64,000 nt of DNA, taken from assembly GCA_963677595.1 (NCBI GenBank), contig OY782041.1, forward strand, positions 3,552,001 through 3,616,000. The letters are read 5' to 3'. Positions 18,408 to 26,666 of the stretch are shown here, piece after piece. How positions within the stretch are numbered: position 1 is the stretch's first letter; every line of letters starts with the position of its first letter. Origin of the DNA: Spirochaetia bacterium. GTDB lineage: Bacteria > Spirochaetota > Spirochaetia > CAKZLE01. The notes beneath the pieces were generated by a model. That model did not search any database, was not told where the DNA came from, and saw nothing but the letters and a program-made list of their open reading frames with translations. Made by a program: the position numbers and the translations under genes.

Positions 18408-19811
18408 CTACCGATCTTCTAGGTATCTCCTTGCCGCGGCAGTCGAGGCCTCCACGGCATACAGGGGGAGCGAGAGCAGCGGATATGTCACAACCGATGA
18501 ATCCTGGATTGATACGGAGACCTGCTGCAGGGAAGGTGGGTTGAGGTCGAAGCGAATAGCGAGCGGGGCATGTTTCTCTGCCATGAACTGGTGCAGTGAC
18601 TTGAGCGTGCCGGACCTGCCGGCTTTCACCTCGATCGGGATGATGTCTGACCCCAGCTGGATCACGTAATCGACTTCGGCATTGGCTTTTCTCCCTGACC
18701 GCTGCCAGTAATGGAGGTAGCGTGGTGAGTCTACATCGTGGTTGCCCAGCAGCTGCTGACCGATGAACTGTTCTGCCAAGGCTCCCTCGTTGATGAGTCG
18801 CTGCCCTGTCAATCCCCGGATGGTTGCTAGGGATAATCCGGCCATGCGGTTCATCAGTCCGGTATCGAGGTTTAGGAGCTTAAAGACTCGCTCATCCATC
18901 TCAGCCCCCAGCGGGATGCCATTGGCATCGGAGTGGATGACTTTCGAGACGAGTCTCGCCTGGATCAGGAGTTCGAGTGCGTGCCTGATCGGCCTGGAGG
19001 TGTGGTCTTCCGAGAAACGGGTGTACAGGATCTTCTGTCCCACTGCAGAAGGCATTCTTCGAAGGATGGTCTGCAGGAGAAGCGGGTCTGCCTTTCCTGC
19101 ATATCTGGAGAAATCATCGAAGTAGGTATGGATGATCGAATCATGCACCACTGCTACCTGATGGACATCTTGTGTTTCCAGGTAGAGTGCTGCAGCTTCA
19201 GGCATACCGCCTATGTACAGGTATTCCCGCAGTCTCTGGTTCAGACGTTCATGAAGGGAGTCGGGGATGACCGTCCTGTCCGAGTACTGGTCTATCGGTA
19301 TGTCTGAAAGGGATCGGAGTTCACCGGCTCCATAGGGGTCTACCGCATCAAGGAATTCGAGGAAGCTCAGGGGGCCCAGGTGAAGGTAGGATACCCGCCC
19401 GACGGGCATGGAGAAGGTATGGGATCCCAGGACGAACTCAAGGAGCGATCCTGCCGCTATGACAGCCAGGAGAGGAAGCTCTTCATGGAAATACCGGAGG
19501 GCAGCTACCGCTTCGGGTATAGCCTGGATCTCGTCAATGAACAGGAGTGTGCGCCCTGGAGTGATCTTCTTCCCGATGATCCCTTCGATCTCAGGGAGTA
19601 TCCTGGTCGGGTCTTTCGAGAGAAAAGCTCTCTTGAGCTCCAGGTGCCGTTCCAGGTTAATCTCAGCCAGGTCCAAGCCCTGTTCTTGGGAAAATAACCT
19701 GACGAGGTAGGTCTTGCCCACCTGGCGTGCCCCACGCAGGATGAGCGGCTTCCTGTGAGTTCGTACGAACCATTGCTTCAGCGTCGACAAATCGCCTCGT
19801 GTCATAAACAC
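18408..19811 (-). CDS. AAA_14 ATPase with DUF4143 and C-terminal PD-(D/E)xK-like motif
   Basis: LRGARQVGKT, FIDEIQ, AAGS, PVGRV, GGMPE, EVDYV...IPIEVKAG. Confidence 0.9.
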   Translation of the reverse strand: MFMTRGDLSTLKQWFVRTHRKPLILRGARQVGKTYLVRLFSQEQGLDLAEINLERHLELKRAFLSKDPTRILPEIEGIIGKKITPGRTLLFIDEIQAIPEAVAALRYFHEELPLLAVIAAGSLLEFVLGSHTFSMPVGRVSYLHLGPLSFLEFLDAVDPYGAGELRSLSDIPIDQYSDRTVIPDSLHERLNQRLREYLYIGGMPEAAALYLETQDVHQVAVVHDSIIHTYFDDFSRYAGKADPLLLQTILRRMPSAVGQKILYTRFSEDHTSRPIRHALELLIQARLVSKVIHSDANGIPLGAEMDERVFKLLNLDTGLMNRMAGLSLATIRGLTGQRLINEGALAEQFIGQQLLGNHDVDSPRYLHYWQRSGRKANAEVDYVIQLGSDIIPIEVKAGRSGTLKSLHQFMAEKHAPLAIRFDLNPPSLQQVSVSIQDSSVVTYPLLSLPLYAVEASTAAARRYLEDR

Positions 19812-19890
19812 ACCCCTCTTTCGTACATTTACTCACAGAAACGATGGTATGTCAAGGATAGGGAGTGCACATTGTTTTCAGCTGAACATG

Positions 19891-19941
19891 CATGAGAACT
19901 CCATGGCATGAGAACTCCATGGCATGAAAATTCCATGTCAT
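19891..19941. repeat. 16-bp tandem repeat, 3 copies
   Basis: catgagaactccatgg, catgagaactccatgg, catgaaaattccatgt. Confidence 0.9.
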
Positions 19942-19970
19942 AGGTCCGTGGCGATTCTGATGCGGCACCC

Positions 19971-19999
19971 TTGATGTACAGAAGACCGCAGCATATAGT
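19971..19999 (+). promoter_or_regulatory. sigma70 promoter of yefM-yoeB with a TGTACA operator-like core
   Basis: ttgatg-N17-tatagt, ATG 6 nt downstream; TGTACA at 19975-19980 matches the known YefM operator core. Confidence 0.6.
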
Positions 20000-20005
20000 G
20001 TATGT

Positions 20006-20275
20006 ATGGATGCAGTAACCTATGCAGATCTTCGAAAGAACCTCAAAGACCGAATGGATAGCGTATGTCACGATCATGAACCATTGATCATAACACGAAA
20101 GGGAAATGAGCATGTGGTGCTGATCTCATTGGAGGATTATAACAGTATTACTGAGACGCAATACCTGCTTTCTTCCAGGAACAATGCTGAACATGTAGAA
20201 AGGTCATTACGATCTGCCCGTGAGGGATCACTGCTCTCAAAAGAGCTTCTCTCAAAAGAGTTGTTCGAAGAATGA
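20006..20275 (+). CDS. yefM: Phd/YefM family antitoxin
   Basis: YADLRKNLK, PLIITR, VVLISLEDYNSITETQYLL; 15-bp tandem duplication at the 3' end (LSKEL x2). Confidence 0.92.
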   Translation: MDAVTYADLRKNLKDRMDSVCHDHEPLIITRKGNEHVVLISLEDYNSITETQYLLSSRNNAEHVERSLRSAREGSLLSKELLSKELFEE

Positions 20276-20529
20276 ACGTGGGTTCCACACCAGAAGCATG
20301 GGATGAGTATCTCCACTGGCAGAAACATGATAAGAAGCTGCTGCGCCGTATCAATGAACTGATACAGGATACCACAAGGAATCCCTTTGAAGGGAAGGGG
20401 AAACCGGAGCGGTTGAAATACCAGCTTCAAGGCTGCTGGTCTCGCAGAATAAACCAGGAACATCGTTTGGTGTATGAGATCGACGACTACCGGACAGTCA
20501 GGATCATTGCCTGTCGGTTCCACTATTGA
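20272..20529 (+). CDS. yoeB: Txe/YoeB family toxin
   Basis: AWDEYLHWQ, PFEGKGKPERLK, WSRRINQEHRLVY, C-terminal CRFHY; ATGA overlap with yefM. Confidence 0.94.
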   Translation: MNVGSTPEAWDEYLHWQKHDKKLLRRINELIQDTTRNPFEGKGKPERLKYQLQGCWSRRINQEHRLVYEIDDYRTVRIIACRFHY

Positions 20530-20686
20530 ACAGGACGATCTGTTTTAGCGTATCGGACAGTTGCCTGTTACATACCCTGCGCCGATAGTCCAATTTCCCA
20601 CACGAATCAGCGAATAGCCATTTTTTATCGCTATAGTACGAGGATACTCTGTAATCTGTAATCTACGTGGTTACTGTCCATACGTA

Positions 20687-20754
20687 TTGACCGCTCCTTA
20701 TTCTCATGATAAATTATAAGAAGTAGTCATATTATGACTATATTGAGAAATAAG
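20687..20754 (+). promoter_or_regulatory. abiE promoter with inverted-repeat operator
   Basis: ttgacc-N17-taaatt; palindrome tagtcata-t-tatgacta at 20724-20740; flanking imperfect IR cttattctca / tgagaaataag. Confidence 0.55.
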
Positions 20755-20755
20755 T

Positions 20756-21391
20756 ATGAATAAATTGACGAGATATTTTTTCACACAGGGCTTCCCCATC
20801 TTTACGCAGGCCGATGTGACTGCTGTCATGGGAGGAACGTTCTATAGCCGTCATGCGCTCCTCAAACGGGCAATAGAACAGCATGAGATTCTTCTCCTCC
20901 GCAGAGGGGTGTATTGCCTCTCTCCCATGTATCAGAAATTCGCCTTGGAAACCTTCTCGATTGCCCAGAGACTTAACGGTCCGAGTTATGTGAGTGTTGA
21001 ATCTGCCTTGAGTTATCATGGTTTGATACCTGAGGGAGTCCAGGTGGTCACTTCAGTTTCTCTTTCATCTCGGAAGGATTATGATACCCCGCTCGGGTTT
21101 TTCAGTTTTCGAAGAATTCCTCAGCGCAATCTGTTCAAGGGAGTAGAGAGGATCGATCATGGAAATACGAACATATATTTCATGGCTACTCCCGTGAAAG
21201 CTCTGTTCGATTATCTGTATCTCCATAAAGAGGATTGGACTGGTATAGAAGACCTAGCAGAGAGTCTTCGTATAGATCGGGATGTCCTGCTTTCGTTCTC
21301 TCCTGATGAGATACAGGAAACTGCCGCTAATTACACACATAGCCGGATTGAAAGATTCGCTCGTCAGTGGACGAAGGAGGTGCTCTCGTGA
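20756..21391 (+). CDS. Type IV TA antitoxin, AbiEi family
   Basis: LRRGVY, PSYVSVESALSYHGLIPE, ATPVKALFDYLY. Confidence 0.88.
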   Translation: MNKLTRYFFTQGFPIFTQADVTAVMGGTFYSRHALLKRAIEQHEILLLRRGVYCLSPMYQKFALETFSIAQRLNGPSYVSVESALSYHGLIPEGVQVVTSVSLSSRKDYDTPLGFFSFRRIPQRNLFKGVERIDHGNTNIYFMATPVKALFDYLYLHKEDWTGIEDLAESLRIDRDVLLSFSPDEIQETAANYTHSRIERFARQWTKEVLS

Positions 21392-22263
21392 GTGTGTCTA
21401 TCATTCAGAGTCGGCTTGAGCACTATTCGTGCAAGAATGATCTCGAAGAATTACAGGCTATGAGAGAGATCTCCCAGGAAGTTACTCTAGCGGCTTTAGG
21501 TCGTAGTGATTTTTTTAAATCTGTAGTATTTCAGGGGGGGACCTGCCTGAGGATTTTCCATGGGTTGAATAGATTCTCTGAGAATCTGGATTTTGTTCTC
21601 AGGAATCCTGATCCAGACTTTTCCCTGACGACTGCGGTTTCTTCCATCTATGCAGAGATGTCAGCATTCGGCTATGAAATAGAGATCCTGGATCGAAGCA
21701 AATCAGGGAATGCAGTAAAACAGATGTTCCTTAAGGACTCCTCCCTGGGAAAGCTCCTGAGAATATCGTACTTGGGGAAAAGAGGCCCTATACCAGAGAT
21801 CAGGATAAAACTTGAAGTTGATACCAATCCTCCGGAAGGCAGCAGATCAGAGATGAAGTATTTGGATTTCCCCTTCATTTCCTCTGTCCATATGCAGGAT
21901 CTTCCAAGTCTCTTTTCTGGTAAGATCCATGCACTGCTCTGTCGTGGGTTCGTCAAGGGACGTGATTGGTATGATTTCCTCTGGTATACCGGTATGAGAG
22001 TTGCTGTCAATAGTACTTTGCTTGAATCGGCGCTCATGCAGGCAGGACCCTGGAAGGGGCAAACCTTGAAGGTGAATACACCCTGGCTGATCGACCAATT
22101 GCGTTTGAAGATTGAGACGATTGACTGGGACTATGCCCGTGAAGATGTAAGAAGGTTCGTACCCGTTGCTGATTATCCTTCTCTTGCTCTTTGGGGACGG
22201 GATCTGTTTAGTGCGCAGGTTGAGAAGCTGGCTCAAACCCTTACAGAAAAGGGCATTCAGTGA
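21388..22263 (+). CDS. Type IV TA toxin, AbiEii nucleotidyltransferase family (catalytic motif altered)
   Basis: FQGGTCLRIFHGLNRFSENLDF, IKLEVD, GKIHALL, KGRDWYD; GTG start overlapping the upstream stop, RBS aaggagg. Confidence 0.9.
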   Translation: MSVSIIQSRLEHYSCKNDLEELQAMREISQEVTLAALGRSDFFKSVVFQGGTCLRIFHGLNRFSENLDFVLRNPDPDFSLTTAVSSIYAEMSAFGYEIEILDRSKSGNAVKQMFLKDSSLGKLLRISYLGKRGPIPEIRIKLEVDTNPPEGSRSEMKYLDFPFISSVHMQDLPSLFSGKIHALLCRGFVKGRDWYDFLWYTGMRVAVNSTLLESALMQAGPWKGQTLKVNTPWLIDQLRLKIETIDWDYAREDVRRFVPVADYPSLALWGRDLFSAQVEKLAQTLTEKGIQ

Positions 22264-22286
22264 TACAGTGATTTCTCGTAGTATGA

Positions 22287-22343
22287 AAATATACGATTCG
22301 TTGTGTAGATTATCGGGATTATCATGAGGAGATGAGGGTATGA
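22287..22343 (+). pseudogene. C-terminal remnant of a HigB toxin
   Basis: Frame reads ..CVDYRDYH.., the typical HigB C-terminus, directly upstream of higA; no start codon or N-terminus. Confidence 0.55.
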
Positions 22344-22654
22344 TAAGGAAACGAAAGCCTGTTCACCCAGGCACTATAGTGAAAGAAGACGTTCTCTTAC
22401 CTCTTGGACTCACGGTTACTGAAGCAGCAGTTGCTCTTGGGGTATCTCGAAAGGCTCTATCTGAGCTGATCAATGAAAAAGCATCATTAAGTCCAGATAT
22501 GGCCATCCGTATTGCCAAAGCTACCAATACCTCACCTGAGAGCTGGCTGCATATGCAGTCAACCCTGGACCTATGGAGATCTGAACAGAAGGATTTCCAG
22601 GTGATCCCATTCCCAACACATACCGAACCATTGCATGACACACAAGAAGGGTAG
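22340..22654 (+). CDS. higA: HigA family antitoxin (Xre HTH)
   Basis: [35 protein letters not shown]. Confidence 0.92.
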   Translation: MIRKRKPVHPGTIVKEDVLLPLGLTVTEAAVALGVSRKALSELINEKASLSPDMAIRIAKATNTSPESWLHMQSTLDLWRSEQKDFQVIPFPTHTEPLHDTQEG

Positions 22655-22853
22655 GCCGCCCTATGCTATCGTAAAGAAGGCGGTGAGTGAGAAGTTGGGT
22701 GTATTCACGAAGATGGAGATTCTAGAATCGTGTCCCAGTATAAAAAGCTCATCTGTTGAAGCAGCTTTGAAGAAGCTCAAAGAAGAGGGATATAGCATCA
22801 TGCAGGGCGGGGGGAGGAGCACCACGTACATACGGAATCCAGATTCTCTATAA
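22635..22853 (+). pseudogene. C-terminal winged-helix fragment resembling Fic-family protein C-termini
   Basis: FTKMEILESCPSIKSSSVEAALKKLKEEG...GGGRSTTY; no Fic HPFxxGNGR motif present. Confidence 0.5.
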
Positions 22854-23018
22854 TCTCCCAAATGCATAATGAATATGGGAGAAGACCTAGCTATTGGCTT
22901 CCATGATAAAAAACGGACACCAGAATTTAATCAACGTATCTAGTTGACATGTTCCGCACATACAGTATACTGAAGTTAGTATTACTTCGTGATTTACGAA
23001 CTAATAGGAGATAGAGTG

Positions 23019-24149
23019 ATGATTGTGATGGATTTGCACTTAGATAATATTTTTTCCTTTAATGATTTTCATATTAATCTTAGTTATCCCAAAAAGATCG
23101 TGAATTCTACCATAGAGAACGAGTTTTTACGCGATAGACCAAACTTCAGATATAAGAAGGTTGTAATTTTAATGGGGGCGAATGCATCTGGGAAGACTAC
23201 GTTAGGCAAAGCCCTTATGATGATTTTCAACTTTATTTCCAAGAAGAACTTGGATCAATTAACTCATTTCATTAATGATAAAACAAAACCAGCTGGCTTT
23301 TCGATTGATTTTATTGCAAATACAACGACGTTATATCGAACTGAATTAGAAATTAAACCTATCTGCGACAAAGATACAATCAATGAAGATATGATTAATT
23401 TCAGCGTGAGGTCAGTCAACATAAACAAGGCAGATAGTTATGAGACATGTGCAAAGAAAATTGAGTTGCTGCCTATTGAATCAATGTCATATATAGAAGC
23501 TCTTGATAAAGTTGAGGATTTTGGATGGTTCTTCTCATATCCTGAAAGTGATGCTCCTGTTAAATCATTGAAAGATCTGAATAAAACACTGTTTTTAGAA
23601 ATATTGAGAATTGTTTTAATGACCTTTGATTCTTCCATCCAAGAGGTGCGAGAAGGTAAGGATGTTGAAGATACCTATATTATTAAACTCAATAATCATG
23701 ATTTGATATTACAAGGAGAAAAGATTCTCAATGATACCATGCTCTCAAGTGGAACCAAAGCCAGTATAGATATAGCTATAATTCTTACTTCAATGGTAAC
23801 CAGAACCCATGGTTTTTATTATTGTGATGAGAAATTTACTTTTGTACATAGTGACTTGGAAAAGGAATTGCTAAGTATTTTTATCGATAAGATGATTTCT
23901 GATGAGCAATTATTTCTCACAACACACAATACAGATATTCTTGATGTTATGTTACCCAAACACTCATTCGTCTTTTTAAAAAAGGAATCTACGGGGGAGG
24001 GTTCAAGAATAACCTGTGTAAGTGCCGATACATACCTTAAGAGAAACACCGATTCTTTAAGAGCAGCAGTTGAAAATGATCTTTTTTCAACCTCTCCAAA
24101 AATCAATCGACTTGATCTATTAGATGACTATTCTGTAGAAAGTGAGTGA
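23019..24149 (+). CDS. ABC-type (AAA_15/AAA_21-like) ATPase, RloA/AbiLi/AriA-like
   Basis: Walker A GANASGKT, signature LSSGT, Walker B YCDE, H-loop LTTHN; AT-rich; RBS aggag. Confidence 0.85.
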   Translation: MIVMDLHLDNIFSFNDFHINLSYPKKIVNSTIENEFLRDRPNFRYKKVVILMGANASGKTTLGKALMMIFNFISKKNLDQLTHFINDKTKPAGFSIDFIANTTTLYRTELEIKPICDKDTINEDMINFSVRSVNINKADSYETCAKKIELLPIESMSYIEALDKVEDFGWFFSYPESDAPVKSLKDLNKTLFLEILRIVLMTFDSSIQEVREGKDVEDTYIIKLNNHDLILQGEKILNDTMLSSGTKASIDIAIILTSMVTRTHGFYYCDEKFTFVHSDLEKELLSIFIDKMISDEQLFLTTHNTDILDVMLPKHSFVFLKKESTGEGSRITCVSADTYLKRNTDSLRAAVENDLFSTSPKINRLDLLDDYSVESE

Positions 24150-24267
24150 GGTTATTTTGAAAAGACAACTCTTCCAATATTATGTTGAAGGTGAAACAGA
24201 CGAAAAAGTTGTTGACGTTAAAAACTGAATTATGTAGTATCCATTCTGGAAAGGTTAGAGTTTATAA

Positions 24268-26050
24268 CCCAAATTCCCGATAATTTGTAACTAGGAGAGA
24301 GGCGTGATGGTTTCGAAGGGATCCTGATCACCCTCATTCACCAGCTTTCCCTTCCAGGAATACTGGACACCGAACAGGTCAAAGATAAGGCGCTGAGCTT
24401 TGGTCGGGACCGTAAAAACGTCACCATACTTGCCTCGGTAATGAACTTTCGAGTACGTATTTACCTTATCCAGCAGTTCCTTGTAGTTCCAATGCTTGCG
24501 CTGCTTCGCAGGAATGAGCTTGATACGTTCCTTCAGAGCAGTGAGAATAATCAGGGTTATGAAATTAACGAAGAGCCTTCCCTGCATCACCTTGTCAGTA
24601 TGGACTCTCAAGCGATTGCAATCGACAAGATTCTTCATATCATCGAAGAGCAGTTCAATGTCATTTCTCTGCCGGTAGGCATATAAGGCCTGAACAGGAT
24701 CCTTTTCTGCATTGGTATAGAGAACCCAGAATCCGCTTTGCCCATCGATGAAAGCCTGAACTTCCTGATCCTTAAGAAGCACTCTCCTTCCTCTTTTAGG
24801 CGTCTCTTTCACTTCGAAGTATCGCTTATAGTACGACTGATGGTATTTAATTGGCTCATTCGCATCAAGCTCGGCTTTGCATTTCTGCAGTCGCTCCATC
24901 AGACGGGCAACGTCCCGCTCTTTTCTTGCCGCATCGAAATAGACATGAGCCCACATTCTTCCGTGTTCAGTCTTCCTGATGGTCTTCAAACCATAGATGA
25001 TGGCATCGGTATCATCCGCAGGAATAAGCGTGTTTGGACGTTGAATGGTACGGCGATGTTTCTCTATAAGTTCTCTAGCCCAGGTCACGTTCGAAGGAAC
25101 AGGTATGAGGAATTTGTGACCATGATCGCTCAAATGAGCGATGTTATCGACAGAGCAGAACGCTCTGTCCCCTATGATCACAGAGGAAGGGATCTCAAGT
25201 TTTTTCAGCTGTTCGAGCACCTGTTGAAGAACTATTGAATCGTTCATACTTCCAGGCATTTCTGAAAACCAGAGAGGAAGGTGAGTTTCATAGGAACTGA
25301 GAAGCCCGATATTGATCTGAGGGATCTTTTCTTTGTCTCGGTTATACCCACGCTCTACATAGGGATTATGCTTCGCATAGCTGGAGATGCTGCTGATGTC
25401 GAATAACAGATTCTTCTTTTCCATGTTCTTTCCTATCCAGGAAGAGAAGAATGTGTTCTGAATGTCCTTATCAAGTCTTTTCAGGAGTTCGGTGATCCTC
25501 TGTGAACAGAGGCTGGAACCATTGAATCCCCGCTCATCAAGCCAGGACTCAGCATAGCTGAGAGGCCTGCCGGTACAGATTGAGTATTTCGCAAGCTCGA
25601 GAACAGAGATCGCATCCTGAGATCCTAATGCCTTTGAAAGAATACGCCCCAGTCCGATGCGCCTGATGATAGGATCGAGGAGGAGATTCTGACCGAGCAG
25701 GGTTGTCTTTGATACAACAGGGACAGGAAGCTCTTTGGCTTGATTCTCTTGCTGCCGGGATAGGTAAAATGAGTTATAGATGATCTGTCCATGAGTATCA
25801 AGTTTGCCGATACACTTACGGCTATGACGACCTTGCTTTTTCTCGCTATCCCAATAGGCGGTGTCTTCGTAGACATACGTGACATTGGATTTCTTGTTGT
25901 GGACCTTGATAATTTTGGCGGTATTCCCTGCTTTTGTCATAGTTCTAATTATAACTATGTTTTACAGAATATTCAATCACCAAATAGATATCTAATACAT
26001 ATATTTAAAGAATTTATGATTTCCTAGTTACAATTTATCGGGAATTTGGG
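24268..26050 (-). mobile_element. IS1634-family (IS4-like DDE) insertion sequence, 1783 bp
   Basis: 29-bp terminal IRs (cccaaattcccgataa[t/a]ttgtaactagga, 1 mismatch); flanking direct repeat tttataa at 24261-24267 and 26051-26057 (or 9-bp gtttataac if the ends are 1 nt inward). Confidence 0.92.
24291..25940 (-). CDS. IS1634 family transposase
   Basis: TYVYE..YWDSEKKQGRH, FDISSISSY, GYNRD, DRAF, Y..R..IE..F..MK. Confidence 0.9.
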   Translation of the reverse strand: MTKAGNTAKIIKVHNKKSNVTYVYEDTAYWDSEKKQGRHSRKCIGKLDTHGQIIYNSFYLSRQQENQAKELPVPVVSKTTLLGQNLLLDPIIRRIGLGRILSKALGSQDAISVLELAKYSICTGRPLSYAESWLDERGFNGSSLCSQRITELLKRLDKDIQNTFFSSWIGKNMEKKNLLFDISSISSYAKHNPYVERGYNRDKEKIPQINIGLLSSYETHLPLWFSEMPGSMNDSIVLQQVLEQLKKLEIPSSVIIGDRAFCSVDNIAHLSDHGHKFLIPVPSNVTWARELIEKHRRTIQRPNTLIPADDTDAIIYGLKTIRKTEHGRMWAHVYFDAARKERDVARLMERLQKCKAELDANEPIKYHQSYYKRYFEVKETPKRGRRVLLKDQEVQAFIDGQSGFWVLYTNAEKDPVQALYAYRQRNDIELLFDDMKNLVDCNRLRVHTDKVMQGRLFVNFITLIILTALKERIKLIPAKQRKHWNYKELLDKVNTYSKVHYRGKYGDVFTVPTKAQRLIFDLFGVQYSWKGKLVNEGDQDPFETITPLS

Positions 26051-26530
26051 TTTATAACATTATTACAAAACTTATAACTAAAAAGATGGTTCTCACGTTA
26101 AAGAAAGACACCAATGTTGTTTTGGTTTTCGATACAGATGTGGAACAGTGTGAGAAACTGAAAGAGAATATTTCATTTCTTGAAAAGCAACCAATGGTTA
26201 AAAAGGTTATATGTATTCCACAGGTGAAGAATCTAGAGGATGAACTGATTAGGAGCTGTGAGATTAGGCAAATAAAAGAGCTATTGTCCAGTAGATCAAA
26301 TACTGATTTCAAAAGAGATTTATGCAAGAGTAAATGCCTTCATAACAACCTTAAGAGGCATAATTTTGATATACAAAAGTTTTGGAGTAAGAAACCCACA
26401 GGTGTTTTTGCACATATTCCTAATGATTCAACAGAAATAAAAAAATAATGCCTTACCAATATGACTGTTCTGACTTAATTCGATCGTAGACAGAAGACCC
26501 TAATTTGAGTCGTGGATCAAAGATCTTGAA

Positions 26531-26566
26531 GCCTCTCTCCTATTTACAAATTGTTGGGAATTTAGG
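26531..26566 (+). mobile_element. Solo degenerate end of a second IS1634-like copy
   Basis: gcctctctcctatttacaaattgttgggaatttagg matches the reverse complement of 24268-24303 at 32 of 36 nt. Confidence 0.75.
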
Positions 26567-26609
26567 ATAGAAGGAGTCCCCCTTTCATATTGTTCCTCAC
26601 ATAGAGAAG

Positions 26610-26640
26610 GACCGTCTCTCCCTCATACGGTGAGACGGTC
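26610..26640 (-). terminator. Hairpin downstream of pta
   Basis: gaccgtctc / gagacggtc inverted repeat. Confidence 0.55.
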
Positions 26641-26666
26641 CTCATATGGTCCTCGTATAGGTGAGT

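Larger units (their letters stand above)
24157..26448 (+). pseudogene. Toprim/RloB-like partner of the ATPase, split by an IS and frameshifted
   Basis: 5' part MKRQLFQYYVEGETDEKVVD-(frameshift)-LKTELCSIHSGKVRVY continues after the IS as NIITKLITKKMVLTLKKDTNVVLVFDTD..QVKNLEDEL; VEG and DxD Toprim motifs. Confidence 0.8.

Noticed and set aside
20234-20263. 15-bp duplication at the end of yefM
   Set aside because: In frame, and the ATGA coupling to yoeB is preserved; probably neutral slippage.
20589-20601. Possible left partner end for the solo IS end (ccaatttccca)
   Set aside because: The match is too short to distinguish from chance.
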